Source: Azolla caroliniana
Lineage: Eukaryota > Plantae > Polypodiophyta
Assembly: GCA_043228905.1 (NCBI GenBank)
Contig: JBHGNT010000003.1
Span: 18,848,001 to 18,912,000, forward strand
Length of the DNA: 64,000 nucleotides
Direction of reading: 5' to 3'
Positions 26,501 through 36,498 of this stretch are shown here, piece by piece. The position numbers were made by a program, and so were the translations under genes. The notes beneath the pieces were generated by a model, which saw only the letters and a list, made by a program, of their open reading frames with translations, searched no databases and was not told where the DNA came from. Within the stretch, counting starts at the first letter, position 1; each line of letters opens with the position of its first letter.

Positions 26501-28794
26501 AATAAAGGTGACGAAGTAAGAGGCACCGCCTAGAGACTGATGCGGCATTGGGCCGCAGACGTCCGAGTGGACCAAATCGAGAGGTCTCGTTTCTCTTGGT
26601 GCTGATGTCGGGTGTGATGCGGCGGCTTGTTTGCCATACTGGCAATGCTCGCAGAATTGATGGTCCGAGAAGGAGAGTTTGGGGATGTATCCGGCTCTAG
26701 ATAGGTGCGTGATGCCGGCCTTGCTGAGGTGTCCTAATCTTCGGTGCCATAGTGATGACACAGGAATATCCACCAAGAACAGGTTACCCTCTCTGAGCGT
26801 AACATGTAACGGATACAGTGAGTGTATCTTGGGTCCTCTAGCAAGCAGGAGGTTCCCCCTGTGGAGTGTCCACCCTCCCGAAGAAAAACCGGCACGAATG
26901 CCGTCTTCATCTAGTTGTCCGACTGAGATCAATGGCCTTGAGAGCTCGGGTACATGTCGGACATTGTGGAGTACAAGTGTAGAGCCACCTGCAAGGTTGA
27001 GCTCTACTGTGCCGATTCCGATGATGTCACAGTGTTGTGAGTTGCCGACCCGAACTGAGTCGGAGTGACGGATCGTATATTGCCGAAATTGGGACCGATG
27101 AGGAGTGACGTGAAATGACGCGCCCGAATCCAAGAGCCATGTGCTCGATTCTTCAGTCGTGAGCAGAACTTCTGAGCCGACTGGATTTTCGATTGATAGT
27201 ATGTTCGGGTCGTCTGGTAGCACATCAGCTGAGAAGCTGACGTAATTGATCTCCTCATGCCGGCCACTCTTCTTGTTGTTCTTGTTCTTGAGTGCGCGGC
27301 AGTCGGCTTTGATGTGTCCGGGTTTCTTGCAATAGTTGCAGATTCGGTTATCCCGTGACTGGCTCCGTCTTCGCTGATTGTTCGGCGGCCGTGAGGAATC
27401 TCTTCCTCGTATGTTCGATCGGTCTGTCGAACCTTGTACTACGTAAGCGTCGTCTGTTGAGTCTTTGGCGAAAGACTTTCTCCGAGCTGCTTCGGTCAGG
27501 ATTGCGCTCGTGACTTCGGAGTATTTAACAGCCGTGGTTGACGCGTTGCACACGGTTGTAACGAAAGTTTCCCATGATGAGGGAAGGCTGCTCATGAGTA
27601 TCATTGCTCTGAGTTCATCCTCGATTGCCGTCCCCTGTGACGAGATTTGGGAGCTTGTGCTTTTGTACTCATTGAGGTGTGCTTGAACCGAATCGGATTC
27701 TTTCATCCGCAAGTTGTAGAGGCGCCGGATCAGAAACATCTTCGTTGCGGCGACCTTCTTTTCGTAAGTGTCCGACAGTGTTTTCCACAGTTCGAATGCT
27801 GTCGTACACGATTGCACCGTAAAGTATACCGATTCCGATAGGTGCATCCGAATCGTGGCGCGGACGATTCTGTCCAGCTTCTGCCACTCAGTTGGTTTGT
27901 ATCCTTCTGGAGGTTCTTCATTTTCGATGGGGTCGATTTGCCCCTTGACTATGAGATAGTCCTGCATTTGTTCCTTCCAGAAGTTGAAGTTCGATCCATC
28001 GAACTTTCGTAGACTCATTTCTGACGAGCCTGATGTTGATGCCATCAAATTCGGTTTCGGTTGACGAAGCTCGGTTCGGAGTTGACTGTGAACCTTGTTG
28101 GAGTGCAGCCGGTTGGCTCACCCGATATCGTTCTAGTCGGATTTGAACCCGAGTCGGTTCGGCTTCGGAACTTGCTCGAATTGACTCCGGTAACTTGAGG
28201 GACAGAACCGACTGGTCTTCCCGAGTGTTGCCGAGTCGGAGTGAGCCCGGTTCGCTTCGGATATATGTGCCGAGTACCGATTATTGAAACCGATTATCTG
28301 GACCGATTCTGCTTCGGGTGGCTGCAGCGACGAGAGAGACAGATCCAACTGATCCTCTCGAATGTCGATCAGCCGGATGAAGCACGAATTGGGGTTGTTG
28401 TCTTGAGACCGATCTGCACCGAGTGGTTACAACGAGCAGCGTTTGGTGACCTCTTCGGATGCCGTTTAACCGAATGGAGCACGATCGTGTCAGTGATGCA
28501 CAAGGGGATTTCACCTCGAGCGGTTACGATCACAAGGAACAGAGTGCAACCTGCTGGCTTACTCCAAGCAAAGATGATCTAACGCGATGAGATGCAAACC
28601 TGTTTTTCTTCTTCTTCTCTCTTCTTCGAATGACGCAGGAAACCGAATGCAGAGACGACGGCCGACAGCGGATTGAAGGACCGACTACTGTGCAGGCTCT
28701 GATACCAGATGTTGGAAGCAATGTCGTCAGTGCGGAAGATCAAGAAGCACTCGATTCCTGTTTATTCCCTGCGTATGACAGAATGTAGGTCGTT

Positions 28795-28841
<47 letters not shown>

Positions 28842-29012
28842 CACAAAAGAACTCTTTATTGCATAAACAAGAATACAACAACCAACCTTACAAAAAGGTT
28901 ACAAGGTCACTATATATAGTGACCGACTTAGGGCAACTACCCTTTATGCTAATTACATAAATGGCCAAAACGGGATAATGTGAATACGTCCATTATACAC
29001 ATGTATTCGACA
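23554..29012 (-). mobile_element. Full-length, apparently intact Ty1/Copia LTR retrotransposon (Tnt1/Tork-like)
   Basis: LTRs at 23554-23838 and 28710-29012 (TG...CA, near identical). TSD CCTTG at 23549-23553 and 29013-29017. PBS TGGTATCAGAGC (tRNA-iMet) at 28707-28696. PPT GGGGGAG next to 23839. Confidence 0.98.
24032..28045 (-). CDS. Copia Gag-Pol polyprotein (~1337 aa, uninterrupted)
   Basis: CNYCKKPGHIKADC knuckle, LLDSGAS protease, WHRRLGH...CEHC, integrase DVCGP/DNGGE/ERMNR, RT YVDD, RNase H DSDFAG. First ATG at 28045. Confidence 0.98.
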   Translation of the reverse strand: MASTSGSSEMSLRKFDGSNFNFWKEQMQDYLIVKGQIDPIENEEPPEGYKPTEWQKLDRIVRATIRMHLSESVYFTVQSCTTAFELWKTLSDTYEKKVAATKMFLIRRLYNLRMKESDSVQAHLNEYKSTSSQISSQGTAIEDELRAMILMSSLPSSWETFVTTVCNASTTAVKYSEVTSAILTEAARRKSFAKDSTDDAYVVQGSTDRSNIRGRDSSRPPNNQRRRSQSRDNRICNYCKKPGHIKADCRALKNKNNKKSGRHEEINYVSFSADVLPDDPNILSIENPVGSEVLLTTEESSTWLLDSGASFHVTPHRSQFRQYTIRHSDSVRVGNSQHCDIIGIGTVELNLAGGSTLVLHNVRHVPELSRPLISVGQLDEDGIRAGFSSGGWTLHRGNLLLARGPKIHSLYPLHVTLREGNLFLVDIPVSSLWHRRLGHLSKAGITHLSRAGYIPKLSFSDHQFCEHCQYGKQAAASHPTSAPRETRPLDLVHSDVCGPMPHQSLGGASYFVTFIDDSTRKVWAYPIRTKDRVFSIFTDWLAMVENQTDRKLKCLRTDNGGEFKSEEFVKFCRQRGIRREFTAPHSPEQNGIAERMNRTIQERIVSMLQHSGLSDGFWAEALLTAAHIINMSPSRPLGLQIPQELWIGSKPNYDKLRIFGCEAYALIPKDDRRKLAPRSRKCIFLGYGSDGEMGYRLWDPERRQIVRSSDVVFNESAMNPTVEKPIEVRRVTFSDVPTLQEGPALNTRSASRVAEPYTTDSDNSDSAQPNDSVSDHPTSIPDATSPIMPRRSERLSQPPERYSPGLFFTDAGEPTSYEEASTSVDSATWHLAMESEMHSIRENKTWDLVELPRNRRALPCKWVYRLKETSDSTTPKYKARLVAKGFRQEYGVDFDEIFSPVVKMTTLRFLLGIVAADNLELIQLDVKTAFLHGDLEEEIYMEQPKGFVATGQEHLVCRLRKSLYGLKQAPRQWYKKFDDFIQSIGFSKSDEDHCLFTNTAQDGSPIFLIIYVDDMLISGRHAGELADLIRQLRLKFAMKDLGPARHILGMKISRHRDERHLFLSQTDYIGRVLERFNMQSAKSASTPLPMNLRLSQRDCPTSGPEGEDMKSVPYAPAVGSLMYLMVATRPDISHAVGVVSRFMHNPGRSHWNAVKHVFRYLAGTKDHGILFGPNRTSSVVGYTDSDFAGCIDSRKSTTGYCFKFGNGAISWKSKLQECTATSTTEAEYVAASDAAKEALWLGRLAHTFRQVDHDSAPVVYSDSQGVVALSKNPVHHNASKHIDVRYHFVRDCVISGKIGLDKISTTDNVADGMTKCLSANRFRSLRHQMGVTTNQSG

Positions 29013-29322
29013 CCTTGATGTTGCCAAAACCTCCATTAATAATGAATTGGCACATCCCCTTTCTTGTGGGGGATGCCATTCCACAAAATCCAACATACTT
29101 TGCCAATATGTCAACAAATGATTAACTATCATTGACCCTGTACATTTGACATCCCTGTCAAAATTAATTACATTCCACCAATTCGCTTCAACCTTCATGT
29201 TTCCAAGCTTTATTATGTTCTTCTCTATAAAGTATGCCATCATTTCTGTCCAAGGTTGTACACCTTCAAACATGAATCGAATGAAAGTAAATCGACGAGC
29301 CACCATATGCTCATATAGATTC

Positions 29323-29372
<50 letters not shown>

Positions 29373-29375
<3 letters not shown>

Positions 29376-32300
29376 TTCCAATGAGCCATCATTATTGACA
29401 TTCTATAGCTCATTGGAAAGCTCTTTCAGAGAGCTTTCTAAGCAATGTTCATTTACTAAATTCCGTTACCGTGGCAAGAAGTTATGAGCATTTTCGTCTA
29501 CATCCATCTTTGCCCCACGGCTCCTCAAACGCAAGGTAGCTTTTGAAGCCCTAAATCAAGTGAAAGGTACATTTTCTATCTCCCTCTCTCTCTTCTCGTA
29601 GGGTTTGTTCCTACAATGACACACACTCGTAAGGCCGCCTCAAAGTTTAGGAGTATGATTGATAATGAACCGAAATCACCAACAAATGTTGATTCCAATG
29701 CAATAAACACAATGGAAAAAATGCTTATGAGGCGGGATGTAAGTGAGATGAAAAATGTATGTATAACGAAATCATGGGCCGATGTATGTGGTGGGGATGG
29801 GGTATCAAACTCATCTAATATGCATGTGATGCATCAAGAGAAGAATATAGAAAGCATAGATGCCCGAGAATTGAAAGAGCGTGAACGAAGATCAAAGAAC
29901 ATTGTTATTCGTGGGATTAAAGAGGAGAGTATGGAAACACCTGCTTCCCTTGGAAAGGCCATTGGCGAATTTTTTAGCATGCATTATGGGATGTCTAATG
30001 TGAATGTATATGGACCCACACCGAGTTGGGAAACATGGTGTTACTCACTCCGGAGAAAGGCCCATTGTATGCATAATGACGGATGATACAAAGCGGCGGA
30101 TCATACTCGAAAATAGTTGGGTATACCTCAAAGGTACACAATGCTTTGTGAGTGAAGATCGTACTATCTCACAACAAAATGCCCTTCGTAAAGCATATGA
30201 AGAAAGATTGAAAAATAAGGTTAAGGATGTGCTTAAAGATGGAAATGTAGGCAAATAGGGACACGTGACCTATGAGACTAAACCACGTCTTTTACGACTA
30301 TGTTTTTGGAATTGCAATGGATACCCATGGAATGCGGGATTTGGCATAGAGGAGTTCATCGATGACTCGGATATCACAATTCTTGTTGAAACATGGGAGC
30401 ATGATACTCAAAGGATTCAAGGTTTAGGAAACTATAATGTACACTCTTTGATATGTGAGAAAAATTCAAGACAAAGAAGAGGACAAGGAGGGGTGACATG
30501 TTTAATTAAGAAGGAAATAGAGAAATAGGTGTCAATCGTAAAAAATGATGAACATAAATGCTACATATGGCTCAAAATAGAAACACCTAATGATTTGCCC
30601 ACTTTTGTCGTTGGATGTTACATTCCTCATCAAGATTCTAACTTCTATGCTTGTTTGGATAAAGATCAACGTTTTGCAAATCTAGAAGATGATATTGCTT
30701 ATTTCAAATCCAAAGGGGAAGTTATTGTCTTTGGTGACATGAACACTCGTACAAGAAGTTTCCAACTTGATTCACAAGAATCTTTCATGCCACATATCTC
30801 AAGGATGCAAGAGGATATGCAAATGTATAATCGATCTTCTAGCGATGAAAAAGATCCAGACCAATTTGGGAAACTACTCCTACAAATGTGCAATAGTACC
30901 AGATTGCTTATTGCAAATGGTGTTTCCTTATGGCCCAATACTAACAACTTTACATGTAGAAAACACAATGTAAATAGTGTGATTGAATATGTGCTACTTT
31001 CTGAAGGTATTTTGGATCGTATACATAAATTCTCACTGGGGGAATGGACACCGAAATCCGATAATAGGAATTTATGTATTGATCTCAAATGTATGCATAG
31101 GTTTGATTGCGAGAAGGTCATTGAAGATAGTAAACAAAAGCACTTGAGCATGAATCTTAAGCGAGTGCCCATGTATTCCAAGATGGTTGAGGATATGTTA
31201 CAAATGACAAAGACCCAACATGGTGCCACACTAGAATGCAAATGGGAAGATTTTAAGAATGTCTCTCTCTCTTGTACAAACAAATGTTTTTCGACCAACC
31301 GCACACCATGGAAATGCACCAAGAAATGTAAGAAAAAATGGTTTGATAAAGAATGTCATGAAGCTCGAAAGTGCCTTATGATTTTGGATGTAGTTAAGGA
31401 TAAAGAAAATTACCAAAAGCATTTGCATGACTATAAAAGGCTTATTCAAAGAAAGAGACGAATATGGGAAGTTACTCAACAACTTCTCCAAACGCAAGAG
31501 AAAGCACATGCATGTGCTAAATTTTGGGGAAATCTAAAGGGGAAACGTGTTGAGAGTTATGGTGACTTAACTCTTCATGACTTGTCTATGCATTGTAAGA
31601 GTTTATATGAGTTATCTCTTGTCAGAAAGATGATGTGTTATGGTTCTCTTTCACATATGTCTCCCTTCTTTACAATTGAAGATATATGCATAGGACTTAA
31701 GAAATTGGCCTCTCGAAAGGCAAGCGAACTTCAATGTATAAAAGCTGAAATGCTCAAATGGACGGGAAAGGAAGCACATATATGGATATGCAATATGTTT
31801 AATGATGCATTGCAACATGGTATGCCATATGATTGGACTACAAATTGGATCAAACCTTTACATAAAGGCAGAGATGTAAATAATGTAAACAACTATCGAA
31901 CCATCATGGTTGGCTCATTAATGGCAAAACTATTTGGATGTATAATGGAATCAAAGATAAGTGTATGGGCAGAAAAAAATGGTAAGAGAGCTTATGGACA
32001 AGCTGGTTTTCGAAAACACCATAGCACCATTGATCATCTTGTCACTCTTCGAGTATTAATGGAGGAAAGTCGCCTTAGAGGTAAAGGTTTATATTGTTGC
32101 TTTGTAGACTTCAAGAAAGCTTTTGATATAGTACCTCGTGAGCATCTTTGGAGGCGGATGGAAGAACTTGAGGTGCCAAGTGAATATATGCCTGCAATTT
32201 CCCGAATCTATGAGAAGGTTATATGTTATGTGCGTATGAGACTCGATAGACTTTCAGACTTTTTCAATAGCACTATTGGTGTTAAGCAAGGATGCCCACT

Positions 32301-33680
32301 CTCACCAACATTATTTGGTCTATGCATTGATGAATTAGAAGAAATGGTTACCAAGTTTGTAAAGGAAGAATGTGTTGAAGAAGTTGCCATTGGGAATGTT
32401 GTGATTATGCTTTTGTTATATGCGGATGATGTAGTGCTTTTTGCAAATACTTCAAGAGATGCACAAAAGCTTATGAAGGGATTGGAAAAAATTTGCATGC
32501 ATACTAGTTAAGTGTCAATAGCTCTAAAACAAAGATTATGCTTGTGAAGAGTCAAAAAAAAGATAAACCATGCATAATGTACAACAATGAGCCACTTGAA
32601 TGTGTGGAAAGCTTCAAATATCTTGGCCTTGAAGTTCCTTCAAATCATAAATGGAATGAATGTGCTACCCGCCGCTTAGAGGTGGGTAAGCGAGCATATT
32701 ATGCATTTGAGAACACATGCAATCTTGTAGATATTAAGTGTTGGGTCCTCAAGAAATATCTTTTTGACACTTTAGTGACCCCAGTTCTTCTCAATGGGGT
32801 GGAAGTATGGGGCGGTAGCATCCCTAAATTTACGTGGAAAGAGTTTGAAAATGTCCAAAAACATTTTCTTACAAAGTTTCTACAAGTTAAGAAACAAACG
32901 CCCTACACCCTCCTCCTCCTTGAGACGGGATCACTTCCCATTGAGATCATGGCCATGGAAAGGGTTGTTGAATACATGCTTAAGGTTCAAAAAAGCCCCT
33001 TACATCGCCTTCCTAGAATTGCATGGGAAGCAAGCAAAAATATCCAAAAGTCACATAAAAGTAAATTTTTGTGTTCTGGTTGGATGCAAGATTTAGAAAA
33101 ATGGTTTGGTAGATGGGATGCAAGACACTTGCTTCATGATGCGTCACTAGATTCCTTTGTAAATGAGGCCTTTTTGCAACACCAATGTATCATGACATGG
33201 GACAAATGCGGTGGCTCACGCTTCACACATTATACTACAAATGTTGCACCTAACTACAAAACCATATTCTTCGCGGAATGGGGAAGCCGTACACATCGAT
33301 ACATGTTAGAGCCCATCCCGATATCTGCCATTCGAACCATTGCTTCCATGCGACTTAGCTCACACACATTGAGATGTGAGACGGGGCATTGGGGCACAAG
33401 TGATGAGAGTGGCCGACTATGCACACTTTGCCCTAAACAAGTTCGAGAGTCTGCGTATCACACTTTGATACAATGCTCTGCCTTTGATCATATTCGACCA
33501 TGCTTTCCACATCTCTTCGATCGAGCCCAATCCTTGCACGAATTTCTCTCGATTGCAACATTCATTGGTAAAGTTCTTGGACATCGAGAGTCGCTACTCA
33601 CCTTCACACGTATCACGTGAAATGTAATATTTTTTGTCTCATAGGTCATATTTGACCTCCGAAGACGATAATATAATCTC
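29373..33680 (+). mobile_element. Near full-length APE-type LINE, RTEX-like, slightly decayed
   Basis: ORF1 ERERRSKNIVIRGIKEE...HRVGK...RPIV...SEDRT (29616-30258, one frameshift). ORF2 has APE (FWNCNG, LVETW, GCYIP, GDMNTRT), RT (QAGFR, FVDFKKAFD, GVKQGCPLSPTLF, YADD) and C-terminal RLSSHTLRCETG...CTLC...H.LIQC. 3' UTR hairpin AGGTCA-TATT-TGACCT. Flanked by (CT)n. Confidence 0.9.
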
Positions 33681-35050
33681 TCTGTCTCTCTCTGTCTCTC
33701 TCTATTTGTTATTATGCTTTTGCTATATGCAGATGATGTAGAGCTTTTTGCAAATACTTTAGGAGATACACAAAAGGTTATGAAGGCCATATGATCTCTC
33801 TCTCTCTCTCTCTCTCTATTTGTCATTATGCTTTTGCTATATTTAGATGATGTAGTGCTTTTTGCAAATACTTTAGGAGATGCACAAAAGCTTATGAAGG
33901 CATCGGGAAAAAATTGCATGCATACTAAATTAAGTGTCAATAGCTCTAAAACAAAGATTATGCTCATGAAGAGCCAAAAAAGAGATAAACCATGCATTAT
34001 GTACAATAATGATCCACTTGAATGTGTGAAACCTTCAAATATCTGGGTCTTGAAGTTCCTTCAAATCATAGATGGAATGAATGTGCTACACACCGCTTAG
34101 AGGTGGGTAAGCGAGCATACTATGCATTTGAGAACACAATGAAATCATGGAGATATTAAGTGTTGGGTCCTCAAGAAATATCTTTTCGACACTTTGGTGA
34201 CCCTGGTTCTTCTCTATGCGGTGGAAGTATGGGGTGGTAACATCCCTAAATCTACGTGGAAAGAGCTTGAAAATGTCCAAAAACATTTTCTTACAAAGTT
34301 TCTACAAGTTAAGAAACAAATGCCCTACACCCTTCTCCTCCTTGAGACGGGATCGCTTCCCATTGAGATCATGGCCATGGAAAGGGTTGTTGAATACATG
34401 CTTAAGGTTCAAAAACGTCCCTCACATCAACTTCCTAGAATTGCATGGGAAGTAAGCAAAAATATCCAAAAGATGCATAAAAGCAAATTTTTGTGTTCTA
34501 TCGGAAACATGGTTTGGTAGATGGGATGCAAGACACTTGCTCTTGAACATCGAGAGTTGCTAGTCACTTTCAAAAGTATCACGTGAAATGTAATATCATA
34601 GGTCATATTTGACCTCTAAAGATGATAATAGAATCTCTCTCTCTCTCTCTCTCTCTTTGAAGGTATTTTTGATCATATCACAAATTTTGAATGAACACTA
34701 GGATTCGATCATAGGACTTATACATTGACTTTAACATGTATGAAACGATTTGAGCATGAGAAGATCATTGAAGATATCAAACAATCATAAGATGGTCGAG
34801 GATATGTTACAAATGGTTAAGTTACAACATGGTGCAACACTAGAATTCAAATGTGATACTTTAAAAATTAATTTTCTTATGCACAAACAAACATTAAGCA
34901 ACATGAATGAATCACAACTTGAGAAAAATGTAGAGGTTCAAGTTTCACACGTTATATCACATATGTTTGCCCAAGCTAGAAAACTTATCTAAATTGGGAA
35001 ACCACACTCACCCATACATGCTAGAGCTCATTCTTCTTTTCGTCGAATTC
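33681..35050 (+). mobile_element. Tandem array of truncated copies of the same LINE separated by (CT)n
   Basis: Pieces at ~33702-33795 (YADD), ~33817-34634 (YLDD to 3' end, internally deleted) and ~34657-35050 (match to ~31003-31270 plus C-terminal bits). Confidence 0.85.
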
Positions 35051-36498
35051 GAAGCTTTGGGCATGACAATACATTTCCGATACTCCTATTGGTGTACATC
35101 CTCATTTAGTGTCTCAATATGCATGGCTCCTACATATGTCAACATCTTTGATTGATTCACATCATTACCATTATCAATACATTTTCACATTTTGCCATCC
35201 CCCATAGTTCAATCATCAATCAATTGCATTTCTAACCTCCTCATATAAGAAGTTCCCTCTATTTTTACTGTGATAAAAGCATTTTTAGAATACATATTTT
35301 CATATTTGGAATGCCTCTTATATAGACCAATCCTTACATAAAGATTGTGTTGACCTTGGAGTATCTCGTTCACACCTTCATAGTTGTGCCTTGCACAACT
35401 AGAACAACTATCTTGTTTCTATTTCCACCCTCTACAAAGACTACCAGATTTAACATACTATGCCTTGTTTGCAAAGCTCTTTCTGAAAGCTTTGCAAAGT
35501 TTGCCTCCATGCGGAATTTCATTACCAACAGAGAGAGAAACATAAAAAACAATCTCTCTCTCTCTCTCATATATATATATTGAGGGGGTGACGTCTTGAG
35601 TATCATACTAAAGAGAACACTTAGAAGGTTGAGCTCATATGTGTATGCCTTATTCACATATCGAGACTTGGTGCTTCAAAGTATGAATATCCCTTCTTAG
35701 GAAGGAGACACACATCAATATAACTTTCGTACTTAGGTCCTATGGGTCAATATTGGCCTCTCTCTCTCTCTCTCTCTCTCTCTCCCCCTCCCTCTCTCTC
35801 TCCCTCTCTCAGCTTGGTGGTATTAGAAGCTACGTCCTCAAAAGATATTAGAAAATGCCCCTTGGGTGGTACAAACATTTATGACCCCGAATGATGGGGG
35901 CAAGGAAACTATTACTTTCAAAAAATGTTGGATGATCCTCCTCCATATACAGAGTTCAAAAGTTGTGCCTAAGACAATGGTTTTCATACAACTTTCGAGA
36001 ACTCGGGGAAGTTTCCAGACAATGGAACGGGGATTCGGTGGAACAAAATTGAGGAGTTTGAAAACACAGGGGTACTTTCGTAAATCACCAAAACTCAGTT
36101 CTTCTTTGTCTTGTTCATTTGAAGAAATGTTGAATTACTAGATTTTATGTGAAGATTTTTACTCAGAGATGTCTCTGTTTTGGAAAGAAGATGAAGAAGG
36201 AGAAGATGAAGAGGAAGTCGCCCTCAAGGACCCTTCTCAGTCTTGTCACATTCTGCATAGAAACAAGAAATGGTATGATCCCTCTTTCTTTTTCTTGTTT
36301 TGTTTTGTTTGCTTGTCATGGCCACATTGATCACAGAAGCACACAATATGCATAGTTTTTAAAAAAAGTATTTGGAATTAAATTCCCGTGAATAAGTATA
36401 TCTAATATCCTTTTTCTGCTATTTATTTATTTTGTGATCATAGCGATAGCTTGAAGCACATAATATGGCTAGTGTTCAGAAATTCTTTCAAATAACTT

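Larger units (their letters stand above)
22430..29326 (-). mobile_element. Decayed plant L1-type LINE 3' portion, split by the Copia insertion (pieces ~22430-23553 and 29018-29326)
   Basis: Minus-strand ...AKVFIWRVTVGALPLG (zf-RVT-like) and Trp-rich RT C-terminal remnants on both sides of the Copia. Many stops. Confidence 0.6.

Noticed and set aside
24185-28960. Many short alternative-frame and antisense ORFs in the Copia
   Set aside because: Expected shadows of a GC-rich long ORF, with no independent motifs.
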